The notes beneath the pieces are model-generated. The model saw only the letters and a program-made list of their open reading frames with translations, was not told where the DNA came from and made no database searches. Position numbers and translations under genes: made by a program. Source: Candidatus Omnitrophota bacterium (GTDB lineage: Bacteria; Omnitrophota; Gorgyraeia; JABMRG01; JAFGKX01). Taken from it: a stretch of 64,000 nt of DNA. The DNA lies in contig JAZDPX010000033.1 in the NCBI GenBank assembly GCA_043797125.1, positions 34,527 to 98,526 on the forward strand, written 5' to 3'. Shown piece by piece: positions 36,903-45,889 of this stretch; within the stretch, counting starts at the first letter, position 1, and the number at the start of each line of letters is the position of its first letter.

Positions 36903-38297
36903 TTAGTGCCTGACGCCCCTGAAGGTTGCGTCTTTTTCATAATAAAGTTTTCTGTGCGCCTCAATGTGTTTCTTCGCAACATGTTGGAAATGGTCTTTGA
37001 CCAAAATCTGATTAGACTCATATAATATATCGTAGAGTTCGCCCTCTTGTAATTGCGTAAAGTTGCACGCGAACAAATCGGAATTCAGGTGCTTATTTTC
37101 ATAAAAATCCTCACAGTCCTTAATAAGCCCCTTTTTAAGCGCCAGATAATACAAGGGTGAGCCGGGATAGGGCGTAACCGGTTTTAACGTGCGCAGCTCG
37201 CCATAGGTATTGTATTTTCTTAAAAATTCCACGGTCTTTGCCGCAGTCTCCCTGTTATCCCCTACATTTCCAAAAATTACATTAAGCCCGGGGTTAATAC
37301 CGCTTTTTATTGTCGCCTCTATGCCGGTTATAATCTCGTCTGTAGTCTGCATCTTGTTCATTTTATCCAAAACATCCTGGTCTAAAGATTCAATACCATA
37401 ATTTATGTACACGCATCCGGCCCTTTTTAATAATTTTAACAGGTCTAGACGCGCGACGCTTAAGCGTCCGTCAATGTCAAAATGTATGTTGAGCTTTTCT
37501 TTGATAATGCGTTCGGCAAATTCCGAGGCGCGGCGCACAGACGACATTAATAACTCATCGCGAAAACAAATGGCGTTAATGTGGTAATCCTTGATCAGCC
37601 TCTTGCACTCTTCCATCACATTATCTAAAGACCGCATGCGGTAGCCCGGCTCCATGCGGTAACAAAATGCGCACTTATGCGTGCACCCGCGGCTGGTGAT
37701 TACCGGCATTGACCTCTGGCTTCTTCCTACGGGGATGCGTATTTTAGCGACATAGTTTTCTATTGGGAATCTATCCCACGCGGGAAAAGGCACAGAATCC
37801 AAATCCTGAATCGGCTTCTGTCTTTCGGTAGTAACTATCTTGCCTGCAAATGAATATGCTAGCCCCGGGATATCTTGGCAGCTTTTATTATCAGAAAGCT
37901 TCCTGATAAGCGCAAGGAAACTCCTCTCTCCTTCTCCTAATACAATATAGTCTGCCTCAAATTTTTTAATAAAGAATTCCGGTTCCGGGGTAAACATGTA
38001 TCCGCCCAGTATTATCTTTGGCCTTTTTTTAAGCCTGTTTACAGCAGCCATCATGCGTTTGAACTGTTCATACTGCCAGTAACCCGCTATCATGCCTATG
38101 CAGACAGCGTCAAAATCATTAACCTTAAGATACTCAAAAAGCTCTTCATCGCTATGATGATACACATCCATATTTAAAAGGTGTATGTCCGCGTCATTGA
38201 ATCCGTCCTGCCTAAGCACGGAAATGAGATAACCGATGCCTAAAGGAAAATCGTTCAGCGAAGCGTCGTTATCGTAAATAAGAAATACGAGTTTCAT
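36903..38297 (-). CDS. B12-binding (class B) radical SAM enzyme
   Basis: TSRGCTHKCAFCYR cluster after an N-terminal B12-binding-like domain; 464 aa. Confidence 0.75.
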   Translation of the reverse strand: MKLVFLIYDNDASLNDFPLGIGYLISVLRQDGFNDADIHLLNMDVYHHSDEELFEYLKVNDFDAVCIGMIAGYWQYEQFKRMMAAVNRLKKRPKIILGGYMFTPEPEFFIKKFEADYIVLGEGERSFLALIRKLSDNKSCQDIPGLAYSFAGKIVTTERQKPIQDLDSVPFPAWDRFPIENYVAKIRIPVGRSQRSMPVITSRGCTHKCAFCYRMEPGYRMRSLDNVMEECKRLIKDYHINAICFRDELLMSSVRRASEFAERIIKEKLNIHFDIDGRLSVARLDLLKLLKRAGCVYINYGIESLDQDVLDKMNKMQTTDEIITGIEATIKSGINPGLNVIFGNVGDNRETAAKTVEFLRKYNTYGELRTLKPVTPYPGSPLYYLALKKGLIKDCEDFYENKHLNSDLFACNFTQLQEGELYDILYESNQILVKDHFQHVAKKHIEAHRKLYYEKDATFRGVRH

Positions 38298-40233
38298 TAT
38301 TTATGTTTACCTTTTCTAAAATACGCCTTGCAAGCGAGGAATGGTCAAGGGAGTGAAACTCAAGGGCCTCGGCAGGGCTCCCGCACGCCGGGTATCCTTC
38401 GATTGCGAATTTTTCAAATATCTTTATATTCAAATCTTTCAACTTGATAATGGCGTTTAGCAGTTTATCCCCGAGCGCGCCGTAGCCGCTGTGATTATCC
38501 AGCACAAAAACCGCATCATGTTTATTAATAATTTTTTTAAGCCAGCTTTCACTTACAAGGTTAATCCACGGCATGTTCACAACTTCAAGCGAAAAACCTT
38601 TTTTGCGCAGAAGTCCGGCCGCCAATAATGCCTCATGCAGCATAACAGGGCCGTAGGCAAAAATTACAGCGTCGTTTCCCGCCTCTAAGATGCATCCCTC
38701 TCCGGGAACAAGGCTGTAGTTTTCGGGTAAAATAATTTTGCCCGGAGAAGGCGATATCGCCAGCCTGATCATACATGTCTTATCGGTCTTGCTAGCGCAC
38801 CAGTTAAGCGCAAGCCCGGTCTCAAGCGCATTGCAGGGTTCCATTATTACACAATTTGGCAAAGCGCCGAACAGCGAGATGTCTCGCAGGCTTTGATGCG
38901 ACTTGCCCGGGCCCGCCGGGATTAATCCCGCATAGTGGCATACATATATTATTTTTGTCCCTTCGGTCGCGTTTGTATAAATCTGTTCATTTGCCCTTGA
39001 AGACAAAAACACGCCGAAAGAATTTACAATAGGCAAAAACCCGGCAAGCGCCAATCCGCCGGCCATTGAGACCATGTCCTGCTCGGCAATGCCATTTTCA
39101 ATAAATCTCTCGGGAAATTTTAATTCAAATTCGCGCAAGCCGCAATCTTGGGCTAAATCCGCGTCTAAAACAACGATATCCTGCCTTGAGTTTCCTAAAT
39201 CAACCAGGGCCTCGCTATAAGCATTTACCACTTTTTCAGCCGAGTCTTTGAACCTTTTTTTATTTTTCTGGTTTTCCTGCGCAACTTCAAGCGCTGCTTC
39301 GCCCAAAGCGTATTTAGTAAATGCGCTGTCTATCCTGTTGATAATTTCATTAAAGGCAAGTTCGTAGCTATCATCATCCGGAGCGCCTGAATGCCATTTA
39401 TACACGCCGTTTCCGTTTTTTAGAGCGGCAGGCCCTTCCATAAACGAAACCCCCTTGCCCTTAACTGTATCAGCTATTATGATTTTTGGTTTTTTCTTTA
39501 CGCTGCCTAGTTTTGCCAACGCTTCATTCATCTTCACAAAATCGTGCCCGTCACAGGCTTGAACATGCCAACCAAATGCCCTGAATTTTTCCTCCAGGTT
39601 AGACAGGCTGATTATCTGCTGCGTTAATTTGTCTGTTTGTATCTTATTAAAATCCACGATAACAGTAACGTTGGTTATGCCTTGGTGAGCTGTAGTCTGC
39701 AGAGACTCCCATATCTGGCCTTCCTGCAGTTCGCCGTCTCCGGTTAAGACAAAGACCCTGCCTTTATTCTTGTTTAATTTTTTAGCGAATGCCATGCCTT
39801 TTGCCTTTGAGATTCCCATCCCAAGGGAGCCGGCATTGGCCTCTATGCCCGGAATTTTTACATCCGGATGCCCGTCTAATCCGCCAAGGCGCCTGAGGTT
39901 GAGCAGTTTGTCATAATCAATTATCCCTGCCGCAAAAAATACGCAATAAAGACCCGGGCAATCATGGCCTTTAGAGGAAAAGAAAATATCCCTGTCCGGA
40001 TTATTCAGGCCGGAGCTTAAAGTATTCATATGGCAAAAATACAGCATAATAAATATATCCATCGAGCTAAAGCTTGAGCCAAGATGCCCTGAACCTGCTT
40101 TTTTAACGCAGCTCAACGCGTTAAGCCTGCACATATCGCTTAGGATTTTGAGCTTTTCAAATTTCTCTATGCCGGAATTGCGTACGCGCTCAAATTCTTT
40201 ATATGGTATGAATTTTATTTTTATAGTGGCCAT
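38269..40233 (-). CDS. Transketolase, single-chain (N- plus C-terminal halves fused)
   Basis: GSGHLGSSFSSMDIF and GDGELQEG ThDP motifs, plus C-terminal pyrimidine-binding and TKC domains; 654 aa. Confidence 0.8.
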   Translation of the reverse strand: MATIKIKFIPYKEFERVRNSGIEKFEKLKILSDMCRLNALSCVKKAGSGHLGSSFSSMDIFIMLYFCHMNTLSSGLNNPDRDIFFSSKGHDCPGLYCVFFAAGIIDYDKLLNLRRLGGLDGHPDVKIPGIEANAGSLGMGISKAKGMAFAKKLNKNKGRVFVLTGDGELQEGQIWESLQTTAHQGITNVTVIVDFNKIQTDKLTQQIISLSNLEEKFRAFGWHVQACDGHDFVKMNEALAKLGSVKKKPKIIIADTVKGKGVSFMEGPAALKNGNGVYKWHSGAPDDDSYELAFNEIINRIDSAFTKYALGEAALEVAQENQKNKKRFKDSAEKVVNAYSEALVDLGNSRQDIVVLDADLAQDCGLREFELKFPERFIENGIAEQDMVSMAGGLALAGFLPIVNSFGVFLSSRANEQIYTNATEGTKIIYVCHYAGLIPAGPGKSHQSLRDISLFGALPNCVIMEPCNALETGLALNWCASKTDKTCMIRLAISPSPGKIILPENYSLVPGEGCILEAGNDAVIFAYGPVMLHEALLAAGLLRKKGFSLEVVNMPWINLVSESWLKKIINKHDAVFVLDNHSGYGALGDKLLNAIIKLKDLNIKIFEKFAIEGYPACGSPAEALEFHSLDHSSLARRILEKVNINNETRISYLR

Positions 40234-40978
40234 ATGGTTTATAGTTAACGACTGGCAGAACCGCCTTCTTATGCTTAATCATGTGCTCTGCCATGTGCCA
40301 ATCTTCTTCATAATCAAGTGAAAAGCCTTCCGCGCCCTCCGTAAAAAACGGGGTTATTATCTTCCCCTCGCGGGAATTGTACAAACGCACTACTTTAGTC
40401 CAGGCGATCTCCAGGGAGCTGTTTTGCACATAAACCTTTGGCAGCGCCTGATATTGCCCTGCATGCCATGCGACCTTAAGGTGAGACTGATCGAGAAGCG
40501 GCTTCATAAATTTCCCCTTTACAACCCACATCTTCCCAGGGTGCTGGTGGCATAATTCAACCGCGCGCAATGAATGCGCATTTTTTATGCCTATAAACTG
40601 CTGCCATGCGCGCCGGATAGTGGCTGCGCTGCGAAACGGGCTGCTTGAGCGAAGGATGCTGAAACAATCGTAACCGCAGCCTGCCTTTGATAAGGCGTGC
40701 CTTAGCCATTCAATGTCAGGCGAGACAGAAGTTGCAAACTTCTTCGGCCTTAAGAAAGGCGCTTCGGCCCCGTAATATAACGCCACCTGGCGTATTTCCT
40801 CGGAATCCGTGGAAACTATAATTTTGTCAAAAATACCGCTTGCAGAAGCTGCTGCTATCGTGTATGCGATTAAAGGGTGGCCTGCCAGCGGTTTTATGTT
40901 TTTGCGCAAAATACGAATTGAGCCGGAACGCGCAGGGATTAAAGCCAATACTTTATATTTTTTTTGCCTGGATTTCAT
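40199..40978 (-). CDS. CMP-nonulosonic/ulosonic acid synthetase family cytidylyltransferase (second paralog)
   Basis: VLALIPARSGSIRILRKNIKPLAGHPLIAYTI...IVSTDS. Confidence 0.75.
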   Translation of the reverse strand: MKSRQKKYKVLALIPARSGSIRILRKNIKPLAGHPLIAYTIAAASASGIFDKIIVSTDSEEIRQVALYYGAEAPFLRPKKFATSVSPDIEWLRHALSKAGCGYDCFSILRSSSPFRSAATIRRAWQQFIGIKNAHSLRAVELCHQHPGKMWVVKGKFMKPLLDQSHLKVAWHAGQYQALPKVYVQNSSLEIAWTKVVRLYNSREGKIITPFFTEGAEGFSLDYEEDWHMAEHMIKHKKAVLPVVNYKPYGHYKNKIHTI

Positions 40979-41885
40979 TTATTATTCTTTCAATAGTCGG
41001 GCACCTTAAGTTATGGCGCGAACCTATTCTCACGATTGAGCCGGCTACGGCATCAAGTTCCGACGGGTTACCTAAAGCTATATCGCGCTGCGTAGATGTT
41101 GTTACGTCAAAAGGTATTGAATCTATTTTAGCCATCGCATCATCTGTGTTTACCGTTGCGCCTTCGGCAGAGGCAACTGCAACTGCCTCCTGCACGCACT
41201 GCAGCAATTGTTTACGCCAGGCCTTCTGTGACCTGACCTGGCCGACTGTCTTTTTGCTTGCTGCGGTTGTGCATGCCATGGCGCCAAGCCGCACTAGCTT
41301 TTCCCAAAGCACGTCAGCTTCCGTCTTAAGCACTTCTGTTTTAACGCCGATATATGAAAGGAGTTTTGCGGCTTCATTTATGCGTTTTCTCGCCAAATTA
41401 TCCCGGGAAGCCATTTTTATCATCGCAGATGCGGTGGTATGAATAATATGACTGGCAGATACCCTTTTAACCTCGATGCTGCCTATGCTTGCCGCAATAA
41501 CATGTTTGCCGTAGCGAGACCTAAGCAGCTGCATGTGTTCTATGCCATTCAGCAACGGAATTATCACGGCATTGCTTATAAACTTCGGTTTGACCCTTGC
41601 CAAAGCCTGCTTAAGCGATATCGCCTTTGTTGTGATAAAGAGCATATCCGGTTTAAAATTGAGCCGAGTAATAACTTTGGGCCTTGCTGTAAAGTTTCCG
41701 AAAAAAGAGCTCTCCAGCCTTATGCCTTCTTTTGAAATTATCTTTTTGGCGCTTTCTCTTGCAATGCATACAACATCGATACCGTTATGCCAAAAAAGCG
41801 CGGCCAAAAAACCGCCGATTGCGCCCGGCCCAAGAATAGCTACTCTTTTATTCTTAATATTATTTTTTAGGCCACGGGTGCTCAC
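40953..41885 (-). CDS. 2-dehydropantoate 2-reductase family (PanE/ApbA-like NAD(P)H oxidoreductase)
   Basis: VAILGPGAIGGFLAALF N-terminal Rossmann motif; 310 aa. Confidence 0.6.
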   Translation of the reverse strand: MSTRGLKNNIKNKRVAILGPGAIGGFLAALFWHNGIDVVCIARESAKKIISKEGIRLESSFFGNFTARPKVITRLNFKPDMLFITTKAISLKQALARVKPKFISNAVIIPLLNGIEHMQLLRSRYGKHVIAASIGSIEVKRVSASHIIHTTASAMIKMASRDNLARKRINEAAKLLSYIGVKTEVLKTEADVLWEKLVRLGAMACTTAASKKTVGQVRSQKAWRKQLLQCVQEAVAVASAEGATVNTDDAMAKIDSIPFDVTTSTQRDIALGNPSELDAVAGSIVRIGSRHNLRCPTIERIINEIQAKKI

Positions 41886-43038
41886 GCATCACCTTTTCGT
41901 TTAAATCCAAACCCCAGCCGGGTTTATCGCTAAGAAACAGGGAGCCGTTCTTTATTTCAGGGACAGAGCTAACAAGCTCATCTTTCCATGGAACATCATC
42001 AACATCCACTTCAAGAATTTTGACATTAGGAATTGAAGCGCAAAAATGCGCGCTAATCATAGTCGAAAGATGGCTGTAATAATTGTGCGGCGCCGTATTC
42101 ATTTCATAGATCTCAGCCATATCAGCTATTTTTTTCGATTGCGAAAAACCGTTCCAAATCACATCTATCATTGCCACATCCATGGCATGAAGGTCAAAAA
42201 ACGGGCGAAAGCCCCTATTTGTATATAAATTCTCGCCAGAGCAGATAGGCACCCTTGCGGAATTCTTAACCTGCAATAACGCGTCCGGGTCATATGTATC
42301 TATCTCAAGCCACATAAGATTAAAGGGCTCCATTGCCTTTGCTATAAGAATGTTGCCCTCGGTTTTAAAATTGAAATTCAGATCAAGGCATATGCCGATA
42401 TCTTCACCTGCTGCTTTTCGGAATGTCTTGATAAGCGATTCTAAATTTTTTATCATGCTCTTTGTAACATCCTGGTCAGTGGTCCCGTATCCGCCGCCGA
42501 ATCCCTGCATCATGACCTCAGGCTTGTCGCCCAGGATGACAACGTTTGTCTTTAAAGCCTTAAAGCCTCTCTTTACGACCTCTTTACCTAACATGGCAAC
42601 ATCATCAAGCGTGCGCAAAGGCTTTTCCCCGACCATGTGCGCTGCCCTGGCGCGCGTAGTACCGCAATGAGACCAGTAAACGGGTATTTCTTTACGCAAA
42701 GGCCCGCCGAAAAGTTCATACACAGGAACGCCCAGCGCTTTTGCCTTTATATCAAGTGCGGCGTTTTCTATGCCGCCTATAGCCTTTTGTATTATGCTAC
42801 CCGGGCTCTGACGGGTCTGCCTATACATATCCCAGTAAAGTTTCTCCGTAGCGCGCGGATCCTGGCCAATAAGCAGACTTTCTAAGTCCTTAACAACGCC
42901 GCCGATACCCCTTGGAGAGCCATGGGAATCCGTGCACTCGCTGTAGCCGGTAATTCCATTGTCTGTTGTTATTTTAATAAATATCCATGGCCGCCAACCT
43001 GCGTCGCAATATAAGGTCTCAACTTTTTTTATTTTCAT
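41860..43038 (-). CDS. Enolase-superfamily (mandelate racemase/muconate lactonizing) sugar-acid dehydratase-like
   Basis: KIKKVETLYCDAGWRPWIFIKITTDNGITGYSE N-terminal capping domain plus barrel domain; 392 aa. Confidence 0.7.
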   Translation of the reverse strand: MKIKKVETLYCDAGWRPWIFIKITTDNGITGYSECTDSHGSPRGIGGVVKDLESLLIGQDPRATEKLYWDMYRQTRQSPGSIIQKAIGGIENAALDIKAKALGVPVYELFGGPLRKEIPVYWSHCGTTRARAAHMVGEKPLRTLDDVAMLGKEVVKRGFKALKTNVVILGDKPEVMMQGFGGGYGTTDQDVTKSMIKNLESLIKTFRKAAGEDIGICLDLNFNFKTEGNILIAKAMEPFNLMWLEIDTYDPDALLQVKNSARVPICSGENLYTNRGFRPFFDLHAMDVAMIDVIWNGFSQSKKIADMAEIYEMNTAPHNYYSHLSTMISAHFCASIPNVKILEVDVDDVPWKDELVSSVPEIKNGSLFLSDKPGWGLDLNEKVMREHPWPKK

Positions 43039-43041
43039 GTT

Positions 43042-44532
43042 TTATTCCTTTTTTTCAAACTGGACATTCTGGATCTTCGCGCTGTAATCTACATAGAGAG
43101 TTTTGACCTCGGTAAATGCCTCGATAGCTGACCAGCCTGCTTCCCGAAAACCTAACCCTGAATTCTTAATTCCCCCGAACGGCATGTGCGGCTCAGACCC
43201 AAAGGTGGGCGCATTTATGTAACAAACGCCGGCTTCTGCGTCATCAAAGAAGGAAAACGCCTTGTTCACGTCTTGAGTAAAAAGCGAGGCAGAAAGCCCG
43301 TATAAAGAATCGTTGTGTATTTTAACGGCATCTTCGTATGAAGATGCCTTAAATAAAACTAATACAGGGCCGAATACTTCTTCTCTTGCAATTTCCATAT
43401 CCGGCGTTACGTTTTCTATAATAGTGGGTTCTATATAATAACCTTTATCATACACGCCGCCTTTAAGCTTGTTTCCTCCCGTCACTATCTTTGCGCCTTT
43501 ATTTTTGGCGCGCTCAATAAACCCTAACGCTCTATCCAGCTGCTTCTTGCTGATTAACGGCGTTATATCTGATGAATCGTCAGAGCCCGGCCCTATTTTC
43601 TGTTTTTTGGTCTTGCTGCATAAGCTTTTCTTAAATTTAGCATATATATCCTTATGTATAATGGCGCGGCCCGTAGATGTGCACCTTTGGCCTGATATAG
43701 AAAACGCTCCGCAGATTATCCCGTCTACCGCAAGGCCTATATCAGCGTCATCCATCACTATTACGGCGTTTTTTCCGCCAAGCTCCAAGGAAACCTTGGC
43801 TAATCTTGCTGCGCAGTTTTTACCTATTATTTTGCCGACTGCGCTGGAACCGGTAAAAGAAACCATGGAAACATCGGGATGCAAAGTTAAGGCCTCCCCG
43901 GCTTCCTGGCCAAAACCATGAATAAGATTCAAAACGCCTTTCGGCAGGCCTGCCTCTTCTAATATTTCCGCAAAATGCACTGCTGTCTGCGGCGTGTTTT
44001 CTTCGGATTTCAAAACCACTGTATTGCCGCATAAAAGCGCGGGAAGGGTTTTCCAGCACGCAATTGCCATCGGAAAATTCCAGGAGGTTATTATTCCCAC
44101 AACCCCGACAGGATATCTTTTGGTCATGGTGAATCTTTTTTTAAGGCCGGAATGAGAAGTCCTCCCGTATAATCTTCTTCCCTCGCCGGCTGCAAAATAT
44201 GCCATGTCAATTCCCGATTGAACGTCTCCCATGGCGCCTTTAACAGTCTTACCGTTTTCCCTTGAAATAATCTGCGCAAGTTCTTTTTTGCGTGAAGCCA
44301 TGATGCTTCCGGCTTCATACAGAATGTTGGCCCTTTCAGCAGGCGGAATATTTTTCCAAAAACTAAATGCCGCAAGCGCCGCGCAAACAGCATTATCCAC
44401 ATCTTTTTTTTCCGAGCGGGGGAAAACCCCTATTGCCTCGTTTATATCGGACGGATTCATTTTGGTGAATGTCTCGCCGGAAACCGAATCCACCCACTTG
44501 CCGTTAATATAATTCTTAAAAGTTTTAGTCAT
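43042..44532 (-). CDS. NAD(P)-dependent aldehyde dehydrogenase
   Basis: ELGGKNAVIV and the catalytic Cys in GQRCTSTGR; 496 aa. Confidence 0.8.
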   Translation of the reverse strand: MTKTFKNYINGKWVDSVSGETFTKMNPSDINEAIGVFPRSEKKDVDNAVCAALAAFSFWKNIPPAERANILYEAGSIMASRKKELAQIISRENGKTVKGAMGDVQSGIDMAYFAAGEGRRLYGRTSHSGLKKRFTMTKRYPVGVVGIITSWNFPMAIACWKTLPALLCGNTVVLKSEENTPQTAVHFAEILEEAGLPKGVLNLIHGFGQEAGEALTLHPDVSMVSFTGSSAVGKIIGKNCAARLAKVSLELGGKNAVIVMDDADIGLAVDGIICGAFSISGQRCTSTGRAIIHKDIYAKFKKSLCSKTKKQKIGPGSDDSSDITPLISKKQLDRALGFIERAKNKGAKIVTGGNKLKGGVYDKGYYIEPTIIENVTPDMEIAREEVFGPVLVLFKASSYEDAVKIHNDSLYGLSASLFTQDVNKAFSFFDDAEAGVCYINAPTFGSEPHMPFGGIKNSGLGFREAGWSAIEAFTEVKTLYVDYSAKIQNVQFEKKE

Positions 44533-44552
44533 ATAAACCTCTCCTGCCGCAA

Positions 44553-45374
44553 TTACCAGCAGCTATATCCGCCGTCAATAACCAGGTTAGACCCTGTCAT
44601 ATAGGAAGACGCGTCTGACGCTAAAAATACTACTGCCCCGTTGTATTCATCTTCCCTGGCCATTCTTGCCATGGGCAGCTTTTTAGTGTAATTTTTCAGG
44701 AATCTTGTATCCTGATTATTGAAAACTCCGGCAAATGTTAAGGTGTTCACGCGCACATTAAAATCCGCCCAGTATGCGGCCAGATACCGGGTTAAATTAA
44801 GCACGCCTGATTTAGATACGCTATAAGCTACGGGCTTGTAGAATGCCCTCCCCTTTTTCCTTCTGTATTCATATATCCTCTGGTCAGGAGAAAGTAGTCC
44901 GTATATAGAAGAGATATTTATAACGGATCCTCTTTTTAATTTCGCCATCTCTTTGCCTATAATTTGGGAGCACAAAAATACGCCTTTTAAGTTGGCGTCC
45001 ATCACCTTGTCCCATGAAGATTCAGGATATTCTTCAAAAGGGCCGTTTTCTTCATAAGGGGCATCCGGCGCAGAATCTATGGCTGCGTTATTAATAAGAA
45101 TATCGGGGCTGCCAAAACTGCTTTTGGTCTTCTCTAAGGCGCCCTTTATCGAGTCCGGCTTTGTTACGTCGGCGTAAAAACATTTTATTTTGCCATTATC
45201 TATATATTTTTTTATTACGCCCGGGATATTTTTTGTTTTTATATCAAATATAGCAACCTTTGCCTGCCTTTGAGCCAAGACAAGAGAAAACTGGACGCCA
45301 AGCTGCCCCAAGCCTCCTGTCACCACAGCTATTTTTCCTTTAAGAGAAAATATATCTTTTTTATTTTGTGGCAT
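44553..45374 (-). CDS. Short-chain dehydrogenase/reductase
   Basis: GKIAVVTGGLGQLG and NNAA motifs; 273 aa. Confidence 0.75.
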   Translation of the reverse strand: MPQNKKDIFSLKGKIAVVTGGLGQLGVQFSLVLAQRQAKVAIFDIKTKNIPGVIKKYIDNGKIKCFYADVTKPDSIKGALEKTKSSFGSPDILINNAAIDSAPDAPYEENGPFEEYPESSWDKVMDANLKGVFLCSQIIGKEMAKLKRGSVINISSIYGLLSPDQRIYEYRRKKGRAFYKPVAYSVSKSGVLNLTRYLAAYWADFNVRVNTLTFAGVFNNQDTRFLKNYTKKLPMARMAREDEYNGAVVFLASDASSYMTGSNLVIDGGYSCW

Positions 45375-45376
45375 GC

Positions 45377-45889
45377 TTACCGCCTTTTTTCAGATTTCAC
45401 ATTATAAATAAGGTCGCACAGTTCCCTGACAGCCCCGCTGCCGCCGTTTCTTTCTGTTTTAACCAGGACAATCTTATCAAGTTCCGGATGGCAATCGGAA
45501 ACTGCCGTTGGCAGGCCGACGCTTTTCAAACACTCTATATCGTTTATATCGTTTCCCAAAAAGGCGGTTTCCTTCAAGCTTATTGAGCATTCCTTTGCTA
45601 CTTTTAATAGCGCCTTTAGTTTGTCCGGACAATTGTGCACGCAGGGGATTTTGAGCTTTTCGCTTCTTTTTATAACCAGCGGGTTCGGTTCGCTGGATAT
45701 TATACAGGTTTTAATTCCAAGGTTTCTTATTCTTTCAAGCCCTATGCCGTCACTTCTATTGCAGGCTACCGATTCTTTGCCTTCTTCGTTTATAAAGACA
45801 CGGTTATCTGTAAACACACCATCAAAATCAAATGCTATTAATTTTATCGAAAGAACCTTTTGTTTTAAGGAGGAATTTAATTTCATCAT
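45377..45889 (-). CDS. HAD-superfamily KdsC-family sugar-acid phosphate phosphatase (Kdo-8-P / Kdn-9-P phosphatase-like)
   Basis: LIAFDFDGVFTDN DxD motif and the KdsC-type 170-aa capless architecture. Confidence 0.75.
   Translation of the reverse strand: MMKLNSSLKQKVLSIKLIAFDFDGVFTDNRVFINEEGKESVACNRSDGIGLERIRNLGIKTCIISSEPNPLVIKRSEKLKIPCVHNCPDKLKALLKVAKECSISLKETAFLGNDINDIECLKSVGLPTAVSDCHPELDKIVLVKTERNGGSGAVRELCDLIYNVKSEKRR

Noticed and set aside
29162-38297. Possibility that the three B12-radical SAM genes mark a RiPP (for example proteusin-type) cluster
   Set aside because: There is no small precursor-peptide ORF and no intergenic space for one. The genes are interleaved and overlapping with NeuB/PseG/CMP-synthetase sugar genes.
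38269-40233. Transketolase as a housekeeping pentose-phosphate gene
   Set aside because: It is a single-chain form overlapping a CMP-sugar synthetase gene inside the glycan operon, so a biosynthetic role is more parsimonious. This cannot be excluded without the rest of the genome.
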